Counted from the first letter of the whole stretch, positions 26,810 to 40,884 are shown. The stretch: 63,013 nucleotides of DNA, filler included, from Octopus bimaculoides (GCF_001194135.2; 5 parts of 5 records of this genome joined end to end with filler, not necessarily neighbours in it), one strand, 5' to 3'. Program-made: numbers and translations. Notes: generated by a model not told the origin, from the letters alone.

Positions 26810-26978
26810 CACCGCAACCACCACCACCACCACTACCACCACCAACCACAACACCACGTAGCAGTAGTAATCATATAACGATTACAGTAGTGGCTACTTT
26901 TACCCCTCACGTTACAACTACTACTACCACCATCACCACCACCACTACTACTACTACGACTACTACTACTACTACTAC

Positions 26979-27014
<36 letters not shown>

Positions 27015-27040
27015 TAATAATAATAATAATATTAATAATA
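26810..27040. repeat. Compound (ACC)/(ACT)/(AAT)n microsatellite
   Basis: Read directly. Confidence 0.95.
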
Positions 27041-27042
27041 AT

Positions 27043-27258
27043 GGTTTCAAATTTTTGCCACAAGGTCAGCTTGTGGGAGGTAGGGGGTGAGTCGATTATA
27101 TTGACCTCAGTACGCAACTGGTACTTATTTTATCGATTCTAATTAGATGACAGGCAAAGTCAACCTCGGTGGAATTTGAGCTCAGACCATAAAGACAGAC
27201 GAAATGCCGCTAAGAATTTTGCCCAGCGGGATGACGCTTTTGCCAGTTCGCGGCCTTC
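27043..27258 (-). mobile_element. SINE family B, full copy embedded in (TAA)n on both sides
   Basis: Complete reverse-complement copy; trinucleotide arrays at 26980-27040 and 27260-27375. Confidence 0.9.
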
Positions 27259-27272
27259 AAAGAATAATAATG

Positions 27273-27339
<67 letters not shown>

Positions 27340-28032
27340 CGATGATGATAATGATGATGATGATGATGATGATGATGCAGCGTCCTAGATCTAACCAACA
27401 GTAGTATTATTCCCTTCAGGGGACTGTCACGTTAAGTTGACAGCATACAACTACTTCATCGTATCACTACTGCATAAATCCCTCTGAGAGATTTAGAAAT
27501 GTATCATTTCTAAAAAAGAGTTTATTGGATAAATTGGTCCTTCATAATTTGGCTCTGAAAAGATGGCTCAGGCATACATTTCCTCTAAACTCGATCAAGT
27601 TCAGTCAGTGTCCCCAAACAACCAACAACGACAGCAACCACTCATAAGCTTGATGTACAATAAAGCAGATACCAGTAATACTTGAAGGTGTGTTATTAGA
27701 TATTTAATTTACTGTTGTAGACTTGTGAAATCCTGTCCTCGCTAGAAGCCGTAATTCAAATTTTAAGTGAATATAATTTTGACATTATGTGTATATATAT
27801 GGAAGGGTGTGTTAAGAACATCGGTGTTGATGTAGATGTTTGTATGTGTTTACAGTTTTGTTAATACATCTTGGTTCAACGACATATGTATGGTGTCTGC
27901 TAGAGAGGAGGATCGGTCGACAAACAGCGGAGCCAGTGATTGTATATAAACAGAACAACACTCTCACCTTCCCTCTCTCTATCTCATACTTTCTCTCTCT
28001 CTTTCTAGCTCACTTTTTCAATTACTCACACA

Positions 28033-28109
<77 letters not shown>

Positions 28110-29229
28110 TCTACCTTTCCTCTGATATACATGTACACGCAAACACACACATACACATATACAGACACAGTGACATGTACACGCCGAATAAAACAAACAT
28201 ACACGACTGATATATATATGTATATATATATACATGCATATATGTGTGTGTGTGTATATGCGTGTGTATGTATATTTTTACACACGTATATGTATATATA
28301 TTTACACACGCGCGTATATATATATATATGTATGTATGTATGAGCCTATATGTGTATACAAATGCTTCAATATACATAAATATTTACATAATGCGTGCAT
28401 ATACATGGATGCATGCATATACATGTTCATAGACACAGAAACTCATATTCGGATACAAGCACGTATACAAACTATGCCCACCTTGTTCGACAGTAATGCA
28501 TATGATAACATACCTAATTGTAAATATACCTGAATATATGCATGCACACACACACACACACGCACACACACACATGTATATATACGTGCATACATACAGT
28601 TCTGATATAAGCAAAATTAGTCATTTACTTGCATATTACATATAAAAACACTCACACATACACACACACAAACATATATTTATATACATATATACATGTA
28701 TTTATGCAATTCTATCAACCTATTTCCCTCCCTCTTTTTCCCCATCTTTTTCTCTCTCTCCCCCCTCTCTCTCTCTCTCCATACACACAAACACACACAT
28801 ATATATGTACGTAAATGTCGAACGATGAAAATGAGTGCTCAACATCACATTGGTGAATAGAATTTTTCTATCTGTGAATTCAGTCTACCATTGGTTTCAT
28901 GTTAAGAGAAATGGGAAAATATCTTAATATCTTAACAAGTTCTCAAACCAATAACACGTTGAATTTGCAGAGATTCTCTTAAGAAAACAATAAATCAAGG
29001 GGCGCTACCCCTAGATGTTATCTTTTTGGGTGATTATCTCCGTTGGATTTGACCTTTGTGCAAACAGTCGTGTTGGATGGTAAATTTGTTGGCAATATCT
29101 TATGTTCTGGGTGTATGTGATGTTTGTATACTTGTGTGCTTGGGGTAATATTTCTTTTGTGTGTGAAGTTTGTGTGTTATGTATATCTAAATTTCACGTT
29201 CAGGAAAGGGGCTATACTTGTGGGATTAG

Positions 29230-30210
29230 ACGCGTAGGTGGTGGTTCCTCTTTGAAGTGTTTAAGTGTGAAATATTGATTCTGTATGCAGGGAGAGATTT
29301 CATCTCTAACATTTAGAATGTTATCTATTGACAGTATGATATTTAGTTTTTTTAGTGATACAGAATTCGCATTTTGTACCCCGTCCTCTATTTTTTTACT
29401 TTAGCAAGGATGTTCCATTTTATCTGGGGGTTACTTATTCCACCGTCTGTCAAAGTCCATATCATATGGGATATGGATGTTGCGTTTTTTAATCTTTGTC
29501 TATGAATGACGCCAGGTGTTGTGTATAGCTTTCTTTGAACAGGTTGCCCATTATTCAAATAAATGTATTTGCTACTCCTTTAGGATCCATGATTTTGGCC
29601 TTGTATACAAATTCTTTTTAGAGACAGTTATTGTTTAGGAGGCAACGGTTTGGTGATCTGAAGTTGCATTGTCTTTTGGGGGGATCTCTGGTGTATTTAT
29701 GTTTCTTGTGATTTAGTATTATTGACCCTATATTGGGGAGGCAATTATAGCTAACTTTAACAGTGTTTTTGTTGAAAATCTTGTGGTATTTGTGTGAATG
29801 TGGGAAGTGATTGTCAATTAATTTTAAGGATTTCCTATCTATGTTAGCGGTTGCATTTATGCTATAAGGTGGGTTAGACTATCAAATTTTCCTCTGTCTG
29901 CCTCTTCTTGGTCCATTTGTATTTGGTTCAACGTAGTTTATATGCTATTCTTCAAGTTAGAGCTTTCAACTACAGCATTATAGTATGGGTCGGCTTTTTC
30001 AAAAGTATCTTCATCGGCGGTCAAATTGAAGACGAGCTTGGTGATGTTGTTAACTTCTTGTTCAATGACTGCAGGTGAGTTGTTGAAGCTTATGCATATG
30101 TTCGAGGTTTCCTCATTTTCGTTTACGGCAGGTTTTAAATTTGCCTCTGCTAAGGTTCATGTTAATATGTAGGAAGTTGACTTCGATAAGCTTGGTACTA
30201 CTGATGGTTC
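29230..30210 (-). mobile_element. Penelope-like element: RT C-terminus, linker and GIY-YIG endonuclease, decayed
   Basis: NPPYSINATANIDRKSLKLIDNHFPHSHKYHKIFNKNTVKVSYNCLPNIGSII, CN..SPNRC..NNNCL, FVYKAKI and IKWNILAKV are diagnostic PLE motifs; stops and frameshifts present. Confidence 0.9.
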
Positions 30211-30238
30211 TTAGGCATAATTAAGTAAATATTTTGAA

Positions 30239-30270
<32 letters not shown>

Positions 30271-30618
30271 AAACACATTGAATTCTATGCATCTTTCAAT
30301 ATAAATTCTTAACCGCTCTTAATTTTAGAACAAAAAAGTATCAGTTATTTTCCTCAAACTTCTTTCCATATATATCCAACATGGGTTTTATTTNNNNNNN
30401 NNNNNNNNNNNNNNNNNNNNNNNNNNNNNNNNNNNNNNNNNNNNNNNNNNNNNNNNNNNNNNNNNNNNNNNNNNNNNNNNNNNNNNNNNNNNNNNNNNNN
30501 NNNNNNNNNNNNNNNNNNNNNNNNNNNNNNNNNNNNNNNNNNNNNNNNNNNNNNNNNNNNNNNNNNNNNNNNNNNNNNNNNNNNNNNNNNNNNNNNNNNN
30601 NNNNNNNNNNNNNNNNNN

Positions 30619-30698
<80 letters not shown>

Positions 30699-31119
30699 GA
30701 TGTATGTATGTATTCGTTGCTCAGACACCCAGCAACGTGCCCTGTGCAACTTATATCAGAAACAGCTGTAAGGTAATGACGTTCAGAAGATAGTCGTTAA
30801 TTCCGCTGTCATCTCCTTTTATTATAACCACTCAAAAGCATTCTATATTGAGTTCTACTCAAGATTATTAGCATTGCAATGCCTAAGCGAAGTATATACG
30901 TACATGCACACGCACATGCACCCGGGGTGCACAAACACAAGGAAACACATACGTACATCTATATAGAGATACATATATACATACATACATACATACATAC
31001 ATACATAATATGCGAGTGCACATATATACAGCTATATTTATATACAATTTCTAATTGTTTGAATAGCATTCTAATCAAAATATGCCTTAATTAGAATAAT
31101 TAAGATGTGGTTAGAGCGG

Positions 31120-31153
<34 letters not shown>

Positions 31154-32399
31154 NNNNNNNNNNNNNNNNNNNNNNNNNNNNNNNNNNNNNNNNNNNNNNN
31201 NNNNNNNNNNNNNNNNNNNNNNNNNNNNNNNNNNNNNNNNNNNNNNNNNNNNNNNNNNNNNNNNNNNNNNNNNNNNNNNNNNNNNNNNNNNNNNNNNNNN
31301 NNNNNNNNNNNNNNNNNNNNNNNNNNNNNNNNNNNNNNNNNNNNNNNNNNNNNNNNNNNNNNNNNNNNNNNNNNNNNNNNNNNNNNNNNNNNNNNNNNNN
31401 NNNNNNNNNNNNNNNNNNNNNNNNNNNNNNNNNNNNNNNNNNNNNNNNNNNNNNNNNNNNNNNNNNNNNNNNNNNNNNNNNNNNNNNNNNNNNNNNNNNN
31501 NNNNNNNNNNNNNNNNNNNNNNNNNNNNNNNNNNNNNNNNNNNNNNNNNNNNNNNNNNNNNNNNNNNNNNNNNNNNNNNNNNNNNNNNNNNNNNNNNNNN
31601 NNNNNNNNNNNNNNNNNNNNNNNNNNNNNNNNNNNNNNNNNNNNNNNNNNNNNNNNNNNNNNNNNNNNNNNNNNNNNNNNNNNNNNNNNNNNNNNNNNNN
31701 NNNNNNNNNNNNNNNNNNNNNNNNNNNNNNNNNNNNNNNNTATATATACATATATATATATATATACATACATATATATAAACATTGGTATGTATAAGTT
31801 ATCGGAAAATAAGTCTCTCTTCGGGCCATGCTCATGACATGAGTGGGCTGATGTATGAATCCGGTGGTGTTGGTGTGTGTTTGTCGTGATGATGGCTATG
31901 GTGTTTGTGCGTATGATGGCTGTGGTGGTGGTGGTAGTGGTAGTGGGGTATCTCGTGGCGGTGGTGGCTGTGGTGGTGTTGCTGGCGGTGGTGGTAGTGG
32001 TGGGTTGTTACATACATGCTGTAAATGAGAGTGGAGAGTTAAGCTGTGATGTATTGCGGATGCTGGCATATAAACAGCATCTGTATTCTGGTCTGTTGCA
32101 ACGCTGTGGCTGTTTATTTACGGTGGAAAACCACATATTTCCATACACAACTTGACACCATTGACACACAAACACAAGAAATATCTATAGAATCGCAGTT
32201 ATAAACAACTCTCACCATCTCTGGGACGAATTTCCGAAATATGATATGGACAGAAAAATTAAGAGAGACTGAGAGAGAAAACCTCGAGAGATAGATATAG
32301 AAAGAGGGAGAGAGGGAGAGAGGAAGGGGAGAGTTAGTGAATAGTTAGAAAATGAAAGTGATTGCACAACTGTAAAATAATGTGTACGAAGCAGTTATG

Positions 32400-33060
32400 C
32401 ACAATGTGTGCCATATGGGTTAGATGAGGGCCGCATATAATACTCAGTGTGTCACGACGGCATTTATATATCCGTATATCAAAATGGCCGATATAAATGT
32501 TGTTTGGATGACTGGGTGTTCGATGTGTGGATTTCTCCAGGCGCGATTTATATCTTATAGAAAGAGGGGAAGGTAGAGCAAAAGAGATATAATGAACATT
32601 AGAGGTGCAGGAGAATTGCATATTTGGAGTATGAGGTCAAGCGGTCCACCAGTTTGTTAAAATCTCGTCAAGCTAGGCCTTTATATTACTGTGGTAGTGT
32701 AGGAAGGCACCATCTTGTTGGAAATAAAAGCTCCACTTCTGCAAAGTTCCTTTGCGTGTTTGGAGTGACAGATTATCATAGCAAGTTCAAATTAACGGGA
32801 CTTGTTTGAATACAGTCAAAAAAAAAAAAAAAAAAAANNNNNNNNNNTTAATCCTCCTCGTGATTCGCCATACTGCACTATAAGTCCTCGTAACTTAACA
32901 TGATGTGTCTCCGTAATATGGAGTTCCTCAGGTCCCCAGGAGGCGCAAATCCGGCGGTGAATTGAACTATTTACCGTACTTGTATATGAAAGAAGCTGCG
33001 TTTGTATCGTTATATGTTGCCAAAAATTGCCTTGAGACAAATGCGAATGTCATTTAGAAG
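32400..33060 (-). mobile_element. Tc1/mariner-superfamily transposase relic
   Basis: FYFQQDGAFLHYHSNIKA*LDEIL (QDGAPxH motif) and a TVN...W..EE.HITETH region. Confidence 0.8.
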
Positions 33061-33634
33061 AGAACTGAAGGAATATAAGTTCACTAGGCACAAAAATTAT
33101 TATTAACAACAAAGAATTGAAACAATCCACAATATTGAAGTCTTTTAACAAAAGCTTACAAAATATTGCTTACGGTATGTTGACAGTTATGAGGTCACAT
33201 CATCACATTAGTCTTCTTTCCCCAGCATATATAACCTAAACCTGACATTGTTTAATGACTGTGCCACCTTTAAGAAAACTACAAGGGTCGATTCATGAGA
33301 CTGAAAATTCTTCAAGGCAATGCCCTAACATGGCCGCAGTATAATGACTGAAACAAATGAAAGATAAACAAAAATAAAGCATAAACGATAAAAAATAACA
33401 TTCTTTACTATCTAAAGGAAAATGTCTTCTCGAAATATATATATATATATATATATAAATCCAAGAAAGTTAGCTGTTGTGAATCCAAAGCACTAAGGAA
33501 TAATATCTATCCAATATACTGCTGAAAGAATACCCAATTATTATTGCACTAGTGTTTTGTCATTGCATGGCAATTACATTACCAAGTGCAATAAATGGTT
33601 GAGGGTAAAAATTTATTCTACCATTAATTTATAG

Positions 33635-33730
33635 AGCAATAAGAAAATGGAGGGGATTAATAGGTGGTATTCATCAATGTCTGCAAGTTGATGAATACCA
33701 CCTATTAATCCCCTCCATTTTCTTATTGCT
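33635..33730. repeat. Perfect 43-bp inverted repeat with 10-nt loop
   Basis: 33635-33677 is the exact reverse complement of 33688-33730. Confidence 0.97.
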
Positions 33731-33755
33731 ATCTATCTATCTATCTATCTATCTA

Positions 33756-33787
<32 letters not shown>

Positions 33788-34285
33788 NNNNNNNNNNNNN
33801 NNNNNNNNNNNNNNNNNNNNNNNNNNNNNNNNNNNNNNNNNNNNNNNNNNNNNNNNNNNNNNNNNNNNNNNNNNNNNNNNNNNNNNNNNNNNNNNNNNNN
33901 NNNNNNNNNNNNNNNNNNNNNNNNNNNNNNNNNNNNNNNNNNNNNNNNNNNNNNNNNNNNNNNNNNNNNNNNNNNNNNNNNNNNNNNNNNNNNNNNNNNN
34001 NNNNNNNNNNNNNNNNNNNNNNNNNNNNNNNNNNNNNNNNNNNNNNNNNNNNNNNNNNNNNNNNNNNNNNNNNNNNNNNNNNNNNNNNNNNNNNNNNNNN
34101 NNNNNNNNNNNNNNNNNNNNNNNNNNNNNNNNNNNNNNNNNNNNNNNNNNNNNNNNNNNNNNNNNNNNNNNNNNNNNNNNNNNNNNNNNNNNNNNNNNNN
34201 NNNNNNNNNNNNNNNNNNNNNNNNNNNNNNNNNNNNNNNNNNNNNNNNNNNNNNNNNNNNNNNNNNNNNNNNNNNNNNNNNNNNN

Positions 34286-34320
<35 letters not shown>

Positions 34321-34872
34321 ATAAAGGTCCAGATTTTTTTTTCATACAGTGTCCCAATGATTCTGTCTGAAGATTACCTGAAAGGTGGATGTACCATTGG
34401 AATACTCAACCATTTCTAAATTTCTTTAACTAGTAGGAGGTTCGTTTAATCGAAACCCAGTGCGGGTCCATCATAGGTGCTGTTGTATACTTTTGTACAC
34501 ATGCCTCAGATTGTGTAGAATAGTGTGGGGTCGTATAGGTGTATGAGTGTATATATGAGTGTGAGAATATGTATGTGTGTGTGTGTGTGTGTGTGTGCAA
34601 GACTGGATAAACAAGTACACACCAGCAAATATTCATAATTCATAAACGTACGCACACTCATGCAAATATGTATATCAACATATTGGTAATTATAACACTT
34701 CGAATATATGCATATATAGACATATATATATATATGTGTGTGGGGGGTATATATATATGCGTGTTTTTGTGTCTGTGTAGTTGAATACGTAAGCATATGA
34801 ACACATGCATATATATGATTATACATGCGTGTGCGTATGTATATATGTATATGTATATGTATATATATATAA

Positions 34873-34907
<35 letters not shown>

Positions 34908-35639
34908 NNNNNNNNNNNNNNNNNNNNNNNNNNNNNNNNNNNNNNNNNNNNNNNNNNNNNNNNNNNNNNNNNNNNNNNNNNNNNNNNNNNNNNNNNNNNN
35001 NNNNNNNNNNNNNNNNNNNNNNNNNNNNNNNNNNNNNNNNNNNNNNNNNNNNNNNNNNNNNNNNNNNNNNNNNNNNNNNNNNNNNNNNNNNNNNNNNNNN
35101 NNNNNNNNNNNNNNNNNNNNNNNNNNNNNNNNNNNNNNNNNNNNNNNNNNNNNNNNNNNNNNNNNNNNNNNNNNNNNNNNNNNNNNNNNNNNNNNNNNNN
35201 NNNNNNNNNNNNNNNNNNNNNNNNNNNNNNNNNNNNNNNNNNNNNNNNNNNNNNNNNNNNNNNNNNNNNNNNNNNNNNNNNNNNNNNNNNNNNNNNNNNN
35301 NNNNNNNNNNNNNNNNNNNNNNNNNNNNNNNNNNNNNNNNNNNNNNNNNNNNNNNNNNNNNNNNNNNNNNNNNNNNNNNNNNNNNNNNNNNNNNNNNNNN
35401 NNNNNNNNNNNNNNNNNNNNNNNNNNNNNNNNNNNNNNNNNNNNNNNNNNNNNNNNNNNNNNNNNNNNNNNNNNNNNNNNNNNNNNNNNNNNNNNNNNNN
35501 NNNNNNNNNNNNNNNNNNNNNNNNTAAAAATAATGGTAATTACAACAATGATAGTAATAATAATTAGCATGAAACAACTTTATTTTAAATAATAATAATA
35601 ATGATAATTCGTCTTCATTTTCTTTTTATTCTCCTTCAA

Positions 35640-35704
<65 letters not shown>

Positions 35705-35714
35705 CATTATGATT

Positions 35715-35745
<31 letters not shown>

Positions 35746-36127
35746 CTATTACAATAACAGCAACAACAATGATAACGATAATGAGGATAGCTGCAAACAC
35801 ACCAGAGCCAATAGGAACAACCAAAACAACAACAGCAACAACAACAACAACAACAACAAGAGAAAGAACCAGATATATAAAATACATACAAAAAATAATA
35901 ATCATAAAAAAAAGGTGAAAAGGATATTAATTAATTGATTATAAGAATAAGTAAATCTGATTCGATCTGGAAGTAGATTAGGCTAGTGGTATTAGGTATA
36001 TTGGAATTTAGCAGTTCTTTAAAACTAATCACCTTGATAATCTCTGTTTGCCAAGATATCAATCTCTCTAGAAGATCATTGATAACATGGAATTAATTAG
36101 ATTTCCATATTCTTCTCTCTTCTTTCT

Positions 36128-36159
<32 letters not shown>

Positions 36160-36659
36160 TTCTCAAAACCATATTTCGTGTTGCCAGTATTTCGTCGATC
36201 GTCAGACATAGAGACGTTTATTATATAATGTAATATGTATGTAGTTTTGATGCGGATGTATGTACATCTATGTATACAGATATGTATGTATGTATATACA
36301 TATATGCTTATATGTGTGTACAAATATGTGTTTATCTATCTTCATGAACACACACATGAATATACGTATCCCCATGTGTGAGTATACACACATTCACGCA
36401 CGCATATACATATATACATGTATATATTTACATATACACATACATATAAACAACACATATATACACACACATATCTATGTATAAATGAATGTATGTATGC
36501 ATGGATGTGTATTTGAGATATAAGCTGGATTTTTTTTTTCACTTTGCAGAGTTCAAGCCGGTCAGTAACAAAGCAACAAGATTCTTCTGTTCAATCAAGA
36601 GACCATTTGGGTTTGTGATTATCTGAGACGGTTACTGTATGCGTGTATGTGTATGTATG

Positions 36660-36707
<48 letters not shown>

Positions 36708-37167
36708 TTTGTGTGCGTTTGAGTGTTTGCGTGGTCCATATGTACGTGGGTGCGTGCGGAGGAACTTGCACGCAATATAGTCTGGGTGTGCACGTCACAT
36801 TATTACACAAGGAACTGAAGAAAATGATCCCCTAGGGAAGTTACATGCCAGAACAAATGCACAATAGTGTTGAAAGTGCGCGCTCTTTTGTTGCAGTGGA
36901 GTGGGTACCTGTTAGTATAAATGATGGAGAGAAAATCAGCATCTTTAATGCTACAAAACATTATCTGACGCTTTTTGAGACCTTTCTGGAGCTCTCACTT
37001 GTGCATGACTCAGAAAATACAAGAACTTTCTAAATTCAGATAAGAAGCTTGGATGATGACCAGTATTCTCCAAGAATGGTTTATGAACTTGCTTTGTCCA
37101 GCATCACTCCTTTTAAGGCACCAAGCAATTTTAGAAAGGTTTAATATGAATATGACAGAAGTATGTT

Positions 37168-37363
37168 AGGCAGAATCATTCAAACGCCGAGCAAAATACT
37201 TGTCGTTCGTCTTTACATTCTGGGTTCAAATTTCGCGAAGGTTTACTAAGCCTTTCATTCTTCCAGGATCGTTAAAATAAATTCCAGTCGAGCACTAGGA
37301 TCTACGTAATCGATTATACTCCTTCCTCGAAATTGCTGTCCTAATACCAAAATTTGAAACCAA
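37168..37363 (+). mobile_element. SINE family B copy with degenerate 13-bp target-site duplication
   Basis: atgacagaagtat (37152-37164) versus atgacagtagcat (37363-37375). Confidence 0.8.
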
Positions 37364-37659
37364 TGACAGTAGCATATAATACAGAAATTATTATCGCTCT
37401 TCAATGCTGTATTCTAACAAGTTAAAACTACGTCAAAGTATCCAGTTTGTTTGAATTTATTACATACGTATTTGTTTGATTTTCATGCGAGAAATTTTAA
37501 ATATTGTATGTCTGCAAAATATAAAGTCTACATGAAGAAGAATCATTTTGTTTAACTCCTAAACCACATTTCTGAAAAGCTTTTCAAAGACATCATTTTT
37601 ATAAACACCAGTATATCTTTACACTCACACACGTACATACACGCATAAATACACACACG

Positions 37660-37708
<49 letters not shown>

Positions 37709-37739
37709 TCGTTTATTTAAAGTTACGATAAAAGTATTT

Positions 37740-37870
37740 TTATAAATTAGGATTAATGACACTGAAAAGATCAAAAATGAGGCTAACTTAAAATTTTTTT
37801 TATAAAAACAAATGAATATTGTAGTTTTTTTTTTCATAACTGCATACCTACTTTTGCACCGCGCCCTGTA
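37740..37870. mobile_element. Possible Tc1-type terminal repeat
   Basis: Ends ...acttttgcaccgcgccctgTA, resembling a TA-CAG(G/T)G...CAAAAGT Tc1 end. Confidence 0.35.
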
Positions 37871-37875
37871 TATGC

Positions 37876-38100
37876 GTGTTGCTTAGTGGTTAAGGTGTGG
37901 GTCTCATGATCATAAGATTGTGGTTTCGATTCCCCGACTTGGTGATGCGTTGTGTTCTTGAGTAAAATATTTCATTTTTCCCGTTGTCCCAGTCCACTCA
38001 GCTAGCAAAAATGACCAATGCTGCGACAGACCGGCGTCCTTCCCAGTGGGGCTAATTATATAAACGCCACGAAAAGCAGGAAACTGACCCTTATAAGTGT
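37876..38100 (+). mobile_element. SINE family C (tRNA-like head with CORE-like tgtgttcttgag.aa)
   Basis: Homologous to 48202-48435 and to the reverse complement of 42170-42590. Confidence 0.8.
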
Positions 38101-38469
38101 TGTATTCCTTAAACGTCGGTTTGTTATGACGCACACATAACAGCAGTATAATTAGAAAGACCAGTAAATGCCACGACAATCTATGACCGTTTAATAGTAC
38201 TCTCTCCTTATGCTGTCCGACGTGACCCTATTTATAGTGACTAGCACATACCACTCATCGCGTAGGAATGGTGTACTATTATTACTATTATCCCCACAAC
38301 AATAAGATCATAGGCGACGAGAAGGATACTTTATCCTGTATGTATGTATATATATNNNNNNNNNNNNNNNNNNNNNNNNNNNNNNNNNNNNNNNNNNNNN
38401 NNNNNNNNNNNNNNNNNNNNNNNNNNNNNNNNNNNNNNNNNNNNNNNNNNNNNNNATATATATGCATAT

Positions 38470-38690
38470 GTATATGCTTCTGTGTCTGTGTTTGTCCCAC
38501 CACCATCGCTTGACAACGGACGTTGGTGTGTTTACGTCCCCGTAACTTTGCGGTTCGGCAAAAAATACTGACAGAATAAGTGCTAGGCTTACAAAAATAG
38601 GTCCTGGGGGAGCGATTTGCTTGGCTAAAGGCGGTGCTCCAGCATGGCCACATTCAGATGACTAAAATAAGTAAAAGAGTAAAGAGTAAA
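38470..38690 (+). mobile_element. SINE family A tail
   Basis: Matches 7200-7420. Confidence 0.9.
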
Positions 38691-38898
38691 AGATATATAT
38701 ATATATTAAATTCAAATTACGATGGACGTAAACAAACAAACAAAGTTTGCTTTTAGAACCGTTGAGATGTCTTAGAAAGTTAAAGAAGTGATTTTAAATT
38801 CTCAAACGCAGGATAATGCTAATAATATAGCCTGAACAGGATAAGCTACCCCTATTTTGCAGAAAAAATGTAGGCGTCCATATACATATATGTACGTG

Positions 38899-38938
<40 letters not shown>

Positions 38939-38959
38939 NNNNNNNNNNNTATATATACG

Positions 38960-39090
38960 ACGTCTACCAAATCCACTCAGAAGGCTTTGGTCTGTAGTAG
39001 AAGATACTTGCCCAAGGTGCCACTCAGTGGGACTGAAGCCTGAACCATGGGGTTGGTAAGCAAGCTTCTTAGCACACAGCCGCTCCTGCG
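38960..39090 (-). mobile_element. SINE family A head
   Basis: Reverse complement of the family head. Confidence 0.85.
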
Positions 39091-39105
39091 CTATATTTTT
39101 ATATC

Positions 39106-39163
<58 letters not shown>

Positions 39164-39719
39164 ATACAAATATGCATGAACAGACTGACTCACTGACTGA
39201 CAGACTGATAGGCTGACAGATAGATTAATGTATGCCTGTATGTCTGCACATATCTACATATATATACGCAACTACTTTATAGAGCAACCCGTTTGTTCTT
39301 CCCTCTCTTTCTTTAGTGTAACTAACTCTCATAGAAGCCATCTTTGAACATAAAACATAAATATATTCATTGTAAAGAAATCACTATTTATTGACTTAAC
39401 CTTCGAGTGTCAAAATATCTGCTACATTTGTGTTGTGATTTTTTTATATTCCCGATTATTGGTCATCATAAGAGCGTTGTTATTATAATCATTTTATAAC
39501 CATGGCCGCCATGCATATATTTGCATATGTTTACGTTGTACTTATTATTTTGCCTTGTCAATATATTCATCAATTTATTGAAAAGAAAATGTATTCGCAT
39601 AGAAATCTAGTGTATGTTTTGTTGCTATCGAAGATTCGGTCCAAACTGGCTGACCAACTATACTTAAATATAATTCTTTTATTTTTACTGTTGTCTTTTT
39701 CTTCTCTCAATCTCATTTG

Positions 39720-39900
39720 ATTACGGTCATGCTGTGGTACCGCTTTGAAAAGCTTTAGTCGAACTAATCGGCATGAGTACGTATGTATTCCGGCATTTAT
39801 CCAATCGGTTTCCTTTGCCGGACCGCTAGGTAATGGGGTCTTAAATGAGCCAACACCTGTTGTTAGGCGGTGGCGGAGTGTGACAAACACAGCCACGTAG
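39720..39900 (-). mobile_element. SINE family A tail
   Basis: Diverged reverse complement of the tail. Confidence 0.7.
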
Positions 39901-39944
39901 ACAAACACACACACACACACACACGTACATAAACATGTATTAGG

Positions 39945-40420
39945 TATATATTAAGTTTGTTCAGTTTTATTTCAAGATTTCTTGCCAATAGAGTAAGAAC
40001 CGGTTTCTAACCTAGATCCATTGGAGTTTCAACATCAACAACAGGATATTTTTGTATGTATGTATATGTGTGCGTATATATGCATGTATGTATGTATATG
40101 TGAAGATTTGTATGTTTTGTTTTATGTATGTGTTCTGATGCATAAAGTTGCGTATCTAGACAAGCTCATATATACTTAAATGATAAACTTTACAGATCTT
40201 TACAGTTCCAGAGATGGATTGGATCTGTAGTCTTCCAATTAGCTTTCTTCTTTCTGGCTTTGAGAAACCTAATCTCTCAAGATTGGTATTTAGGCAGTGT
40301 GTTACATATCCCAGGAACCCAATAATTACAGGTGTAAACCTGAACTTACAATTTGGATAGAGTAACTGCAGATTTCTCAATAGTTCAGCATAGGTTGCAT
40401 GCATGTACGTATGTATGTTT
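39945..40420 (-). mobile_element. RLE-type (R4/Dong/NeSL-like) LINE 3-prime end
   Basis: YAELLRNLQLLYPNCKFRFTPVIIGFLGYV...LQIQSISGTVKICK matches the restriction-like endonuclease C-terminus (KY..L...P..IG.LG). Confidence 0.75.
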
Positions 40421-40429
40421 GTATGCATG

Positions 40430-40460
<31 letters not shown>

Positions 40461-40519
40461 GTATGTATGTATGTCGTCATACATACATTCATACATACAT
40501 ACAATGTATGTCTGTTACC

Positions 40520-40866
40520 TTGGATAGAGCAAAAGTTTAGGTTTGACAATGTGGTGCTTATCTAGGATTCTGCACCACGCCATGGGTTAAAAGCAACACA
40601 AGCCTTCCTTGGTGAAAAGGTGCCAGTTTTGTGAGGGATGACATCTGGCGCAGTAACAGCCCAAGACTTCAACATTTTCGATCACTTTTATGGGGCGTAC
40701 TTCAAGCAAAGACCAATGCTTCACCACACTCGAGTGTCAAGAGCTTGAAAACCTGCATCGTGCGAGCGACACACAAATTCAAAACGGTGGAAGTTGCAGC
40801 AACTGCAAAAAAGTTTCGTACTCGTGTGGGGGCAGTAAGTGCTCAAAAGGACGGCCATATTGAGTG
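40520..40866 (+). mobile_element. Tc1/mariner (maT-like) transposase C-terminal relic
   Basis: *DSAPRH, W.SNSP, LWGVLQAKTNASPHSSVKSLK...GHIE*. Confidence 0.85.
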
Positions 40867-40884
40867 ATAAAAGATTTTTTTTCG

